A DNA stretch of 64,000 nucleotides from positions 124,001 to 188,000 of the forward strand of contig JAXLNO010000546.1 in the NCBI GenBank assembly GCA_038087875.1, given 5' to 3'. A program made the position numbers and the translations under genes. The notes below the pieces were generated by a model. It had not been told where the DNA came from. It saw only the letters and a list, made by a program, of their open reading frames with translations, and did not search any database. Source of the DNA: Malacoraja senta (Eukaryota). Each line of letters begins with the position of its first letter. Within the stretch, counting starts at the first letter, position 1. This document shows positions 34,103 through 46,539 of the stretch, piece after piece.

Positions 34103-37100
34103 CAAGATTAAGTGTGATCCGTTGGGTCCCAAGTTCACACGGGAGGGCTGGTCCCCCAACACAGTATACCCTCTCTCCACCAATTCCAATATTAGTGGCC
34201 AGGATGGGGGTCTTTCTGGAGGGCTAGTTTTGATGTTGTGGGCTGAAGAGACTGGTTTCCAGAGGGCTAATATGGACATTGTGGTTCAAATGGATTCTTG
34301 GGTTTGCAGCTCAGTCACTCAAGCCTGATGTGCTGGCAAATCACTCAAGGCTGGTGGGCTGGCAGTTGACTCACAGTTATTCCTTGAAATTCCATTTCAA
34401 GCATGGTGCAAGGCCGCCAAATTCAAATGCAGTTTCCTACCATTTCAAGCAGGATGCAAGGCCACCAAACTCAAGTGCAGTTTCGTGACACTTCAAGCAG
34501 AGTGCAGGGCCACCAAACTCAACTGCCGTTTCCTACCACTTGAAGCAAGGTGCTAGGGCACCAAATTCAAGTGCAGTTTCATGTAATTTGAACCAGGGTG
34601 CTAGGCCACCAAATTCAAGTGCAGTTTCATGTAATTTCGAGCAGGGTGCAAGGCCACCAAATTCAAGTGCAGTTTCATGTTACTTCAAGCAGGGTGCAAT
34701 GCCACAAAATTCAAGTGCAGATTCATGCCTCTTCAAGCAGGGGGCAAGGCCGACAAATGCAAGTGCACTTTCATGCCACTTCAAGCAGGGTGCAAGGCCA
34801 ACAAATGCAAGTGCAGTTTCATGCCATTTCAAGCAGTGTGCAAGGCCTTCAAATTCAAGTGCTGTTTCATGCCATTTCAAGCAGAGCGCAAGGTCACCAA
34901 ATTCAAGTGCAGTTTCATACCATTTCAAGCAGGGTGCCAGGACACCAAATTCAAGTGCAGTTTCTGACCACTTCAAGCAGGGTGCAAGGCCACTAAATTC
35001 ATGTGCAGTTTCGTATCACTTCAACCAGGGTGCAATTCCACCAAATTCAAGTGCAGTTTCATACCACTTCAAGGAGGGTGCAAGGCCACCAAATTCAAGT
35101 GGAGTTTCATACCACTTCAAGCACGGAGTAAGGCCAACAAATTCAAGGGCAGTTTCATGCCACTCCAAGCAGGGTGGAAATCCACCAAATTCATGTGCAG
35201 TTTCATGCCATTTCAAGCAGGATGCAAGGCCACCAAACTCAAGTGCAGTTTCGTGACACTTCAAGCAGAGTGCAGGGCCACCAAACTCAACTGCCGTTTC
35301 CTACCACTTGAAGCAAGGTGCTAGGGCACCAAATTCAAGTGCAGTTTCATGTAATTTGAACCAGGGTGCTAGGCCACCAAATTCAAGTGCAGTTTCATGT
35401 AATTTCGAGCAGGGTGCAAGTCCACCAAATTCAAGTGCAGTTTCATGTTACTTCAAGCAGGGTGCAATGCCACAAAATTCAAGTGCAGTTTCATGCCTCT
35501 TCAAGCAGGGGGCAAGGCCGACAAATGCAAGTGCACTTTCATGCCACTTCAAGCAGGGTGCAAGGCCAACAAATGCAAGTGCAGTTTCATGCCATTTCAA
35601 GCAGTGTGCAAGGCCTTCAAATTCAAGTGCTGTTTCATGCCATTTCAAGCAGAGCGCAAGGTCACCAAATTCAAGTGCAGTTTCATACCATTTCAAGCAG
35701 GGTGCCAGGACACCAAATTCAAGTGCAGTTTCTGACCACTTCAAGCAGGGTGCAAGGCCACTAAATTCATGTGCAGTTTCGTATCACTTCAATCAGGGTG
35801 CAATTCCACCAAATTCAAGTGCAGTTGCATACCACTTCGAGGAGGGTGCAAGGCCACCAAATTCAAGTGGAGTTTCATACCAATTCAAGCACGGAGTAAG
35901 GCCAACAAATTCAAGGGCAGTTTCATGCCACTCCAAGCAGGGTGGAAATCCACCAAATTCATGTGCAGTTTCATGCCATTTCAAGCAGGATGCAAGGCCA
36001 CCAAACTCAAGTGCAGTTTCGTGACACTTCAAGCAGAGTGCAGGGCCACCAAACTCAACTGCCGTTTCCTACCACTTGAAGCAAGGTGCTAGGGCACCAA
36101 ATTCAAGTGCAGTTTCATGTAATTTGAACCAGGGTGCTACGCCACCAAATTCAAGTGCAGTTTCATGTAATTTCAAGCAGGGTGCAAGGCCACCAAATTC
36201 AAGTGCAGTTTCATGTTACTTCAAGCAGGGTGCAATGCCACAAAATTCAAGTGCAGTTTCATGCCTCTTCAAGCAGGGGGCAAGGCCGACAAATGCAAGT
36301 GCACTTTCATGCCACTTCAAGCAGGGTGCAAGGCCAACAAATGCAAGTGCAGTTTCATGCCATTTCAAGCAGTGTGCAAGGCCTTCAAATTCAAGTGCTG
36401 TTTCATGCCATTTCAAGCAGAGCGCAAGGTCACCAAATTCAAGTGCAGTTTCATACCATTTCAAGCAGGGTGCCAGGACACCAAATTCAAGTGCAGTTTC
36501 TGACCACTTCAAGCAGGGTGCAAGGCCACTAAATTCATGTGCAGTTTCGTATCACTTCAACCAGGGTGCAATTCCACCAAATTCAAGTGCAGTTTCATAC
36601 CACTTCAAGGAGAGTGCAAGGCCACCAAATTCAAGTGTAGTTTCATGTTACATCAAGCAGGGTGCAATGCCACAAAATTCAAGTGCAGTTTCATGCCTCA
36701 TCAAGCAGGGGGCAAGGCCGACAAATGCAAGTGCACTTTCATGCCACTTCAAGCAGGGTGCAAGGCCAACAAATGCAAGTGCAGTTTCATGCCATTTCAA
36801 GCAGTGTGCAAGGCCTTCAAATTCAAGTGCTGTTTCATGCCATTTCAAGCAGAGCGCAAGGTCACCAAATTCAAGTGCAGTTTCATACCATTTCACGCAG
36901 GGTGCCAGGACACCAAATTCAAGTGCAGTTTCTGACCACTTCAAGCAGGGTGCAAGGCCACTAAATTCATGTGCAGTTTCGTATCACTTCAACCAGGGTG
37001 CAATTCCACCAAATTCAAGTGCAGTTTCATACCACTTCAAGGAGAGTGCAAGGCCACCAAATTCAAGTGGAGTTTCATACCACTTCAAGCACGGAATAAG

Positions 37101-38346
37101 GCCATCAAATTCAAGGGCAGTTTCATGCCACTCCAAGCAGGGTGGAAATCCACCAAATTCAAGTGCAGTTTCATGCCACTTCAAGCAGGGTGCAAGGCCA
37201 CCAAGTTCAAGTGCAGTTTAATGCCATTTCAAGCAGGGTGCAAGGCCACGAAATTCAAGTCCAGTTTCATGCCACTGCAAGCAGGGTGCAAGGCCAGCAA
37301 ATTTAAGTGCAGTTTCATACCACTTCAAGCAGGCTGCAAGGCCACCAAATTCAAGTGCAGTTTCATACCATTCCAAGCAGGATGCAAGGCCACCAAATTC
37401 AAATGCAGTTTCATACCATTTCATGCAGGGTGCAAGGCCACCACATTCAAATGCCTTCATACCATTTCAAGCAGTGTGAAACCACCATAAAACTACCATA
37501 AAACCACACAAAACATAACAAAACACAACACTCACAGTTTAGTAAACATTTGTGTCTTCAGTTGATTCACAGCTCAGACCTCTCCCTCCCATCTTGTCGT
37601 GACCTCTCCCTGCCCATCTTGCAGAGACTAAGCCACACACAAACTTCCGTGTTTTATAACCCTACGGAAGGGACGTGGCCTTCATGGCGCGATTGACAGG
37701 AGAGAGATTACCAAAATGTTTTAATCACAAATAGCACTTTCATTTTTCATTGATGGGTAGAATCCTCTGCAGCTCATGAGCGGAGGGGAACTGAGTAAGA
37801 TGGCCAAAAATCCAGCCATAAGTGGTAGCGTTTTATCTAAAATCAATATACAGTGCTAACAGGAAGTTGTCACGTTTCCACAACCAACAGCCATTTGCAG
37901 TGCTTCACTTCAAACCAAACACCACCAACCGCCACGTGCAGTGCTTCACTTCAAACCAACCGCCACCAACAGCCATTTGCAGTGCTTCACTTCAAACCAA
38001 CCCCCAGCAATAGACATTTGCTGTGCTTCACATCAAACCATTTTCATTTTCAAACTGCATTAAGGGCACTCATGGTAAGTAAAACCGCACTCACAGTTTA
38101 GTAGACATGTGTTCAGTGTTGTTTACAGCTCAGACTGAGAGACGTGACTCTCTCGCTCCCCCATTTTGCAGAGACTGAGTGAGGCACTCAACACTTCCGG
38201 GTTTTATAGTCCCTACGGAAGGGGCGTGGCATTCAGGAGAGAGAATCTCAACATTTTTAAAACGCTAATAAATCTTATATTTTTCATCGATTGGGAAAAA
38301 TCATCTTGTCCTGCGCAGCGCAGGGGGTCTCTGAGTAAGATAGCCA
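34103..38346 (-). mobile_element. Helitron-like element 1, right-arm copy
   Basis: Mirror of 9345-13539; terminal CTAG reads CTTG here. Confidence 0.62.
34392..37480. repeat. 48-bp satellite array (~64 monomers), right arm
   Basis: Near-identical ORFs recur at 768, 768 and 432 bp offsets (34680, 35448, 36216, 36648). Confidence 0.97.
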
Positions 38347-38952
38347 GTAATAGTAATGTAGATATGATGATTGCTCAGCTCACTTGCCAAATTGGATCAG
38401 GACCATTTTGGTAATTTTTGATAAACATGTTCTCTACCTATGAAACCATGAACTCTTGCATCTTCTGCAAATGTACTTTCCTGCTATTAGCATTCTCATC
38501 AATATTGCTGATATAAATCACATGCAGCAGTAGGACAAGCAACTATACGCGAGGCACAAACCTCAAGCCCTCAAATGAAACTTCCACCACCTCTCCCTGC
38601 TTCCATCCATGAGAATAATTTTACTTCGGAGTCACATGAGTGATTCCGTGAAGGAGAAGCCCCGCCAGTCCGCATGCGTCTCATTTCCGTCGCTCGCATG
38701 GCGAAGTACCGGACTGGCAGGCACGTCGCTCCTGCCAGCGGTACGTTTAAAATTACAGGTAAGTTTTATTTCATACCAGGTTGTGTTTTCTTGCAGGAAC
38801 ATCTTACAGAGGTTTCCTGCTGGATGCTGTAGCGGAGTCCGGACAGCCGTGGGGAAACGGGCTTTGGGCTGTGAGGAGACTCCGGTCCTGAACGCTGGTA
38901 GCAGGCGGACGTCGGACGGCGGACGTCGGGTTTGTTACTTCAGCCGCTGACA

Positions 38953-41900
38953 TAGAAACATAGAAACATAGAAAATAGGGGCAGAAGGAGGCCATTCGGC
39001 CCTTCGAGCCTGCACCGCCATTCAATATGATCATGGCTGATCATCCAACTCAGTATCCTATACGTGTCTTCTCTCCATTCCCCCTGATCCCTTTAGCCAC
39101 AAGGGCCACATCTAACTCCCTCTTAAATATAGCCAATGAACTCGCCTCAACTACCTTCTATAAGTTTCTATAAGATCCCCCCTCAATCTTCTAAATTCTA
39201 GCGAGTACAAGCCAAGTCTATCCAGTCTTTCTTCATATGAAAGTCCTGACATCCCAGGAATCAGTCTGGTGAACCTTCTCTGTACTCCTTCTATGGAAAG
39301 AATGTATTTCCTCCGATTTGGAGACCAAAACTGTACGCAATACGCCAGGTGTGGTCTCACCAAGACCCTGTACAACTGCAGTAGAACCTCCCTGCTCCTA
39401 TACTCAAATCATTTTGCTATGAATGCTAACATACCATTCGCTTTCTTCACTGCCTGCTGTACCTGCATGCCTACTTTCAATGACTAGTGTACCATGACAC
39501 TCAGGTCTCGTTGCATCTCCCCTTTTCCTAATCGGCCACCATTCAGGTAATAGTCTACTTTCCGGTTTTTGCCACCAAAATGGATAACCTCACATTTATC
39601 CACATTATACTGCATCTGCCATACATTTGCCCACTCACCCAGCCTATCCAAGTCACCTTGCAGCCTCCTAGCATACTCCTCACAGCTAATACTGCCCCCC
39701 AGCTTCGTGTCATCCGCAAACTTGGAGATGTTGCATTCAATTCCCTCGTCCAAATCATTAATATATATTGTAAATAGCCGGGGTCCCAGAACTGAGCCTT
39801 CACGGTACCCCACTAGTCAGCGCCTGCCATTCTGAAAAGAACCCGTTTACTCCTACTCTTTGCTTCCTGTCTGCCACCCAGTTCTCTATCCAAATCAATA
39901 CTGAACCTCCTATACCGTGTGCTTTAAGGTTGTATACTAATCTCTTACGTGGGACCTTGTCAAAAGCCTTCTGAGAGTCCAGATATAACACATCCACTGG
40001 TTCTCCCTTATCCACTCTACTAGTTACATCCTCGAAAAATTCTATAAGATTCGTCAGACATGATTTACCTTTCATAAATCCATGATGACTTTGTCCAATG
40101 ATTTCTCCACTTTCCAAATGTGCTGCTATACCATCTTTAATAACTGACTCTAGCAGTTTCCCCAATACCGATGTTAGACTAACTGGTCTGTAATTTCCTG
40201 ATTTCTCTCTCCCTCCCTTTTTAAAAAGTGTGGTTACATTAGCTACCCTCCAATCCTCAGGAACTACTCCAGAATCTAAAGAGTTTTGAAAAATTATCAC
40301 TAATGCATCCACTATTTCTGGGGCTACTTCCTTAAGTACTCTGGGATGCAGCCTATCTGGCCCAGGGGATTTATCGGCCTTGAATCCATTCAATTTACCT
40401 AACACCACTTCCCGGCTAACCTGGATTTCACTCAGTTCCTCCATCTCATTTGATCTCCGGTCCCCTGCTATTTCCGGCAGATTATTCACGTCTTCCTTAG
40501 TGAAGACAGAACCAAAGTAGTTATTCAATTGGTCTGCCATTTCCTTGTTCCCCATGATCAATTCACCTGTTTCTGACTGCAAGGGACCTACATTTGTTTT
40601 AACTAATCTTTTTCTCTTCACATTTCTATAAAAATGTTGCAGTCAGTTTATAAGTTCCCTGCCAGTTTTCTTTCATAATCTATTTTCCCTTTCCTAATTA
40701 AGCCCTTTGTCCTCCTCTGACCGTCTCTGAATTTCTCCCAGTCCTCTGGTAGGCTGCTTTTTCTGGCTAATTTGTACGCTTCGTCTTTTGTTTAGATACT
40801 ATCCATGATTTTCCTTGTTATCCACGGATGCACTACCTTCCCTGATTTATTCTTTTGCCAAACTGGGATGAACAATTGTTGTAGTTCATCCATGCAGCCT
40901 TTAAATTCCTTCCATTGCATATCCACGTTGGGCGCCGTGTGAATGTGTGTGAATGTGTGTGAATGTATGTGAATGTGTGTGAGTGATTGGTGGTGGTCGG
41001 AGGGGCCGTAGGCGCAGATTAGCAGCCACGCTTCCGTCAGTCTGCCCCAGGGCAACTGTGGCTACAGAAGTAGCTCACCACCACCGAGTGTGACTGAGGA
41101 GTGAATGAATAATGCGATGTAAAGCGCCTTGAGTATTAGAAAGGCGCTATATAAATCCCATCCATTATTATTATTATTATTATTATTATTATCCACCGTC
41201 AACCCTTTAAGAATCAATTGCCAGTCTATCTTGGCCAATTCACGTCTCATACCCTCAAAGTTAACTTTCTTTAATTTCAGAACCCTTGTTTCTGAATGAA
41301 TTATGTCACTCTCCTTCCTAATGAAGAACTCAACCATATTATGGTCACTCTAGCCCAAGTGGGCACGCACAACAAAACTGCTAACTAACCCTTCCTCATT
41401 ACTCAATACCCAGTCTAGAATAGCCTGCTCTCTCGTTGGTTCATCTACATGTTGGTTTTGAAAACTATCCCGCATACATTCCAAGAAATCCTCTTCCTCA
41501 GCACCCCTGCCAATTTGATTCACCCAATCTATATTAGATTGAAGTCACCCATTATAATTGTTTTACCTTTGTTGCACGCAGCTCTACCCATATCGATTCC
41601 ACATCCTCCAAGCTAATTTCCTTCCTTTCTATTGCGTTAATCTCCTCTCTAACCAGCAACGCTACCCCACCTCCTTTTCCTTTCTGTCTATCCCTCCTGA
41701 ATATTGAATATCCCTGGATGTTCAGCTCCCAGCCTTGGTCACCCTGTAGCCATGTCTCCGTGATCCCAACTATATCATAGTCATTCATTGCTATCTGCAC
41801 ATTCAACTCATCTACCTTATTACGAATGCTCCTTGCATTGAGACACAAAGCCTTCAGGCTTGTTTTTACAAACTCTTACCCCTTATACAATTATGTTGAA

Positions 41901-42466
41901 AAGTGGCCCTTTTTGATTTTTGCCCTGGATTTGTCTGCCTGCAACTTTTACTTTTCACCTTGCTACCTATTGCTGCTACCCTCATTTTACACCCCTCTGT
42001 CTCTCTGCTCACACATTTAAGAAACCCTTTCCCTTTAAATCCATCCTCGGCTATCCCATTTGACATCCCACCCCCCTTATTCAGTTTAAAACCACCCGTG
42101 TAGCAGTGGCAACCCTGCCTGCCAGAATGCTGGTCCCCCACCTGTTAAGATGCAATCCGTCCCTTTTGTACAGTTCCCCCTTACTCCAAAACAGATCCCA
42201 GTGATCTAAGTATCTAAATCCCTGCCCCGTGCACCAGTTCCTCAGCCACACATTCAGGTCCCGTATCTCCCTGTTCCTGCTCTCGCCAGCACGAGGAAAT
42301 GGAAGCAAACCGGAGATAACAACCCTGGAGGTCCTGCTTTTCAGCATTTTTCCGAGCTCTCTAAAGTCACGCTGCAGAATATGCATCCACTTCTTTCCGA
42401 CATCGTTTGTGCCGACATGCACTACCGCTTCCGGCTGGTCACCTTCGCCCTTGAGGATTTTCTGCA
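38953..42466 (-). mobile_element. CR1 LINE, right-arm copy (no L1; ORF1 SGNH esterase C-terminus preserved)
   Basis: VHVGTND...DGLHLN...G...LA in 42081-42466; TSD CTGACA at 38947-52 and 42467-72. Confidence 0.95.
40927..41189 (+). mobile_element. SINE-like retroposon, right-arm copy
   Basis: Mirror of 6343-6605; TSD TATCCAC. Confidence 0.85.
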
Positions 42467-42924
42467 CTGACAAGGCGGTCAGCGGCTTCCAGATCGCTGT
42501 GGTTTCCGTGGAGGGGTAAATCCACGAGGAAGGCGGTATCAAGGGTGCCGATTGACAGCACCGTGGCTGGGAGGAAAAGCCATTAAAAAGTAAGGCCTGT
42601 GAATCGGGCCAGGAGGATTCCACTCCCACTAGAAGCGACGTCTATGGACGTCTGTCAAAGATGGAGCACCTGATGGAAAGGATGCTCCATCATGACATGC
42701 TACAGGAAGAGCATTATATCCGTGGGTCACCCCATGGGCCCGTGGCAGCAGCTTCTATTAAAGGGCTGCATAGGGAAGATCTGCTCCATGAAGAGGAGCC
42801 TTATATCCACGGGTCTTCTTGGGGACCCATGGCAGCAGCACCTGTAGAAGGGCTGCATAATGTCTCCCTCATGGAGGAGGTGAGCTTACCAGGGCAGTTT
42901 TGTTCTGACCCTGAGGTTAGAGGT

Positions 42925-43751
42925 CAAGTCAAGTCACATTTATTTATATAGCACATTTAAAAAACAAATCTCGTTGGTCAAAGTGCTTTACATTTGTCAA
43001 AAGAATAGTATAAACAAACAAACTACGTACATGTGTACAGTACATATAGCCCTCACTCAGAGGACGTCAAGAAAAGCTTGGGAGTATAGATACGTTTTTA
43101 GTCTTGACTTAAAGGAGTCGATGGAGGGGGCAGTTCTGATGGGAAGGGGGATGCTGTTCCACAGTCTAGGAGCTGCAACCGCAAAGGCGCGGTCGCCCCT
43201 GAGCATATGCCTCGACCCTGAGGGACCTGGAGGTGGAGTGGTGGGTAAGAAGACGTTTAATGTAGGTGGGGGGAAGCCCAATGAAGGCTTTGCAGACATA
43301 GAGGAGGATCTTGAAATGTATACGGAACCGCACAGGGAGCCAGGCCAGGATCTGGGTGATGTGGTCCCTTTTTCGGGTGCCCGTCAGGAGTCTCACTGCG
43401 GCGTTTTGGACCAGTTGCAGGCGGGACAGGGAAGATTGGCTGATGCCAGTGTAAAGGGAGTTGCAGTAATCTAGGCGGGAGGAGATAAATAAGTGGATGA
43501 TGTTTTCGAGGTCATCAAAGTGGAGGAATTGTTTTATTTTAGCTATCGTCCGAAGCTGAAAGAAGCTAGCTTTTACCACGGCATTGACCTGTTTATCAAA
43601 TTTCAGTGCTGTCAAATATCACGCCAATGTTTTAGACGTGAGGTTTGAGTAGTGGGGTAAGGCTTCCAAGGCTGCCAGCTATCATTTTGTTTGAGTTGGA
43701 GGGGCCGAGATGTATGACCTCAGATTTACTCTTGTTTAGTTGGTATTGTGC
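42925..43751 (-). mobile_element. L2 fragment, right-arm copy
   Basis: Mirror of 503-1331; TSD GAGGT at 42920-24 and 43752-56; empty site at ~51856. Confidence 0.92.
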
Positions 43752-45006
43752 GAGGTATTGTAGAGCATACCCCAAGGCATGAAAGACAAGAATCAGGGGT
43801 GCCAGGCATGGCATCGAAATGCGCCATAGTAACTGGGACTGATGAGCCAATAAAAATAATATCAGGGCTGGCTGGAAAGAGCTCCTGATGGAGAAGATGC
43901 TCCAGCACGATATGCTCCAGCAAGAGGAGCTTTAAATCCGGGGGCCACCTTGGGGGCCCATGGCAGCAGCACCTGTTGAAGGGCTGTCTGGAAAGAGCTC
44001 CTGATGGAGAGGATGCTCCATCACGATATGCTCCAGCAAGAGGAGCTTTATATCCGGGAGTCTCCTCGGGAGCCTCTGACAGCAGCATCTATAGAAGGAC
44101 TGCATGATGTCTCCCTCTTGCAGGAAGTGAGCACACGGAGACAGTATTGTTCTGACTCCGAGATCAGAGTTATAGCTGGTGAGCATACTCCGAGGCAGGG
44201 GCCTGCGGAAGCACCTGTTCAGGGCTGTCTACGAATCTCCCTCTCTGTGGAGGGGATTGCGAGTGGTCAGTATAACTGACTTCAAATTCTGAAGTATGTC
44301 TGTGGAACGTACTGGAACACATGCGTGTGGATTCAAGGGAGTCCTCGCAAACGAATGTGGGAGAATACCCGGAAGGGGCTAGAGTTCCCCTCATGCTATA
44401 AATGCCGTGAATGAACAAAGCTATTTTGGGTGACTTTAAAGACAAGCCGCCGAATCTTCTCTTCAGGTAAGACCTATTCAACAGGTAAAACCTGGATAAG
44501 GAAGCAAATGCTGTCGGACCAATCGAGGTACCAACGACGAGCAAAGCTTCATCGTTGCGGCTACAACACACCCCACGCCTCCATTGGCAGTAAGCAGTTC
44601 ATTGAAGTTGGTGGCAACATGAAAGCTGAACAGAGGTCTTCAAATCGGAGACCCAACTCGGGCTCAGGGAAAATATGGGACCATCTACAAGTTGGTAATA
44701 TTTACACTTGTTTTTGTACGAATGATAATGATAACATGTGTTTAGCTTATGTGTTGTATGAAAGTAGCATTTTACTTCGGAGTCACGTGAGTGACTACGT
44801 GAAGAAGCCCCGTCCAGCCGCACACGCGTCATTATCGATCAGACGCATAGCGTTCATGACCGTGTGTGGAGGAGCAGGAGCTCCTCCAGGCGGTGAGTAA
44901 AAGCAACGTAAGTAAAAAATCGGATAAGGTAAGTGCTTTCGTTTCCACTTGCAGGGCGCTTTTCTTCCCGCTCAGACGTGTTGGCAGAGTTCCACACAGC
45001 TTAGAA

Positions 45007-46539
45007 ATGGAGAAAGGGCGTAGAGGAAGGAGAGGCCAGGGACGCACCGCAGGTAAAACCCCCGATGTTAAGGGTAGCGGGCGTCAGGAAGAGGAGGCAG
45101 TGGCATCGAAGCCATCTACTCCCGTTACGGTCGAAGGTGCCGTTAAACCGTCGGCGGCGGGGCGCAAGGCTGGACAAAAGTCGGCCCGACCTGTAGACTC
45201 AGAAGAGTCAGACCCGGAGGAATACCCTCCTGCAGCAAATGTTATGGCTGCAAGGGTCGCCAGCTTAGAGCTCCTAATGGGGAAAATGATATATAAAGAA
45301 CCCCCACAGCAGGAAGCAGGTCGGTGTTGGCCAATGGAAGATACAGCACAGGGTGTGCCTTGGTTGGGACAGGCACAAGGGTGGCCTACAGGAGAGCTAT
45401 CAGAAATGACTGTGCAAAGTTATTACAGTGGTTGGCCTACCGAAGAGCCAGTGCCCGAAATGCCTGAAAAAATGCAATATATGTGCTGGCCTACTGAAGA
45501 GCCAGTACTAGGAATGTCTCAAAAAAGACAGTACAAACTTACTTTTGTGCCAGCACCGAAAGTTCCTAAAGGGAAAATTATGAAGCGTTGGCCTAGAATG
45601 GAGCCAGCGCCAGCAGCACCTAGAACAGGGCTGCCTACCCGTGGGCCTATAGCAGAGCTTACGCAAGGAGATACTGGCATAGATTTACCTGAACTAGGGG
45701 ATCCTGAAGTTACTCAACCTGAAGAGGAACATCTAGACTCAGAAGATGAATTCTATGAGGATGAGAGCCCGGAATCAGAGCTGAAAGTTCCTGGAATAGC
45801 ACAAAAGTATGCTGTCCCCAGAATAAAAGGGGAACATTTGAGAGATGAAATAGCAATGACTATCAATTATTTACTTTCCCATCAGCTCCAGGAAGTAACT
45901 ATGGATGAGACTATGAAACAGTATGAGCCCCCGGTGAATTGTGAATTGCTCACAGTTCCAACAGTGAATAACTTAATATGGAGTTATTTGAGCATTGGAC
46001 TACGCTCGCAAGAATTGAAATTGCAACATGTACTGAAATTGCTGGGGTCAGGCATCACGGCATTAGCCAGAGGATTGGATGATGAGTTTGTATCAGATTC
46101 ACAACAAGATGCTTTAGCACTGATGTGTGGTGCTCATTTTGAAATAAATTGTATTCGTAAAAATGCAATAAGGCCAACTATTCATCCTAACATTGCAGGA
46201 CTCTGCAAACCAACCAACATACAAATGCCTAATCTACTGTTTGGAGAAAATCTATCAAAGAAACTAAAGGATTTGAATGAAGAGTCCAAAAACCTGAGTG
46301 GTATGATAATGCGACCACCAATGCTGAGCAGAGCGGTGCGAAGGCAGTATCCCTACAGGCGGAATGCTGGTGATGGAGAAGGAACAAGCCGATCATTCTC
46401 ATATACACGTTGGCGTGCTGCACCGGGGATGCGTGGAGGTTACAATGTGCCTACCAGAAGAGGACAACAATGGCCGGAGGCAAACCCCGAGGTAGGGGGT
46501 CCTGGTCTGGTAAGGAATATAAATGTTTCACATTCACAA
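45007..46539 (+). CDS. DIRS gag-like ORF1 (reads in frame into RT in this copy)
   Basis: Open frame from MEKGRRG; Y.PPVNC..L.VPTVN..IW, LLFGENL motifs; WP-containing peptide repeats. Confidence 0.75.

Larger units (their letters stand above)
24130..44253. repeat. Right arm of giant inverted duplication
   Basis: Reverse complement of 1-23514 with scattered SNPs and indels; lacks the L1 insertion. Confidence 0.97.
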
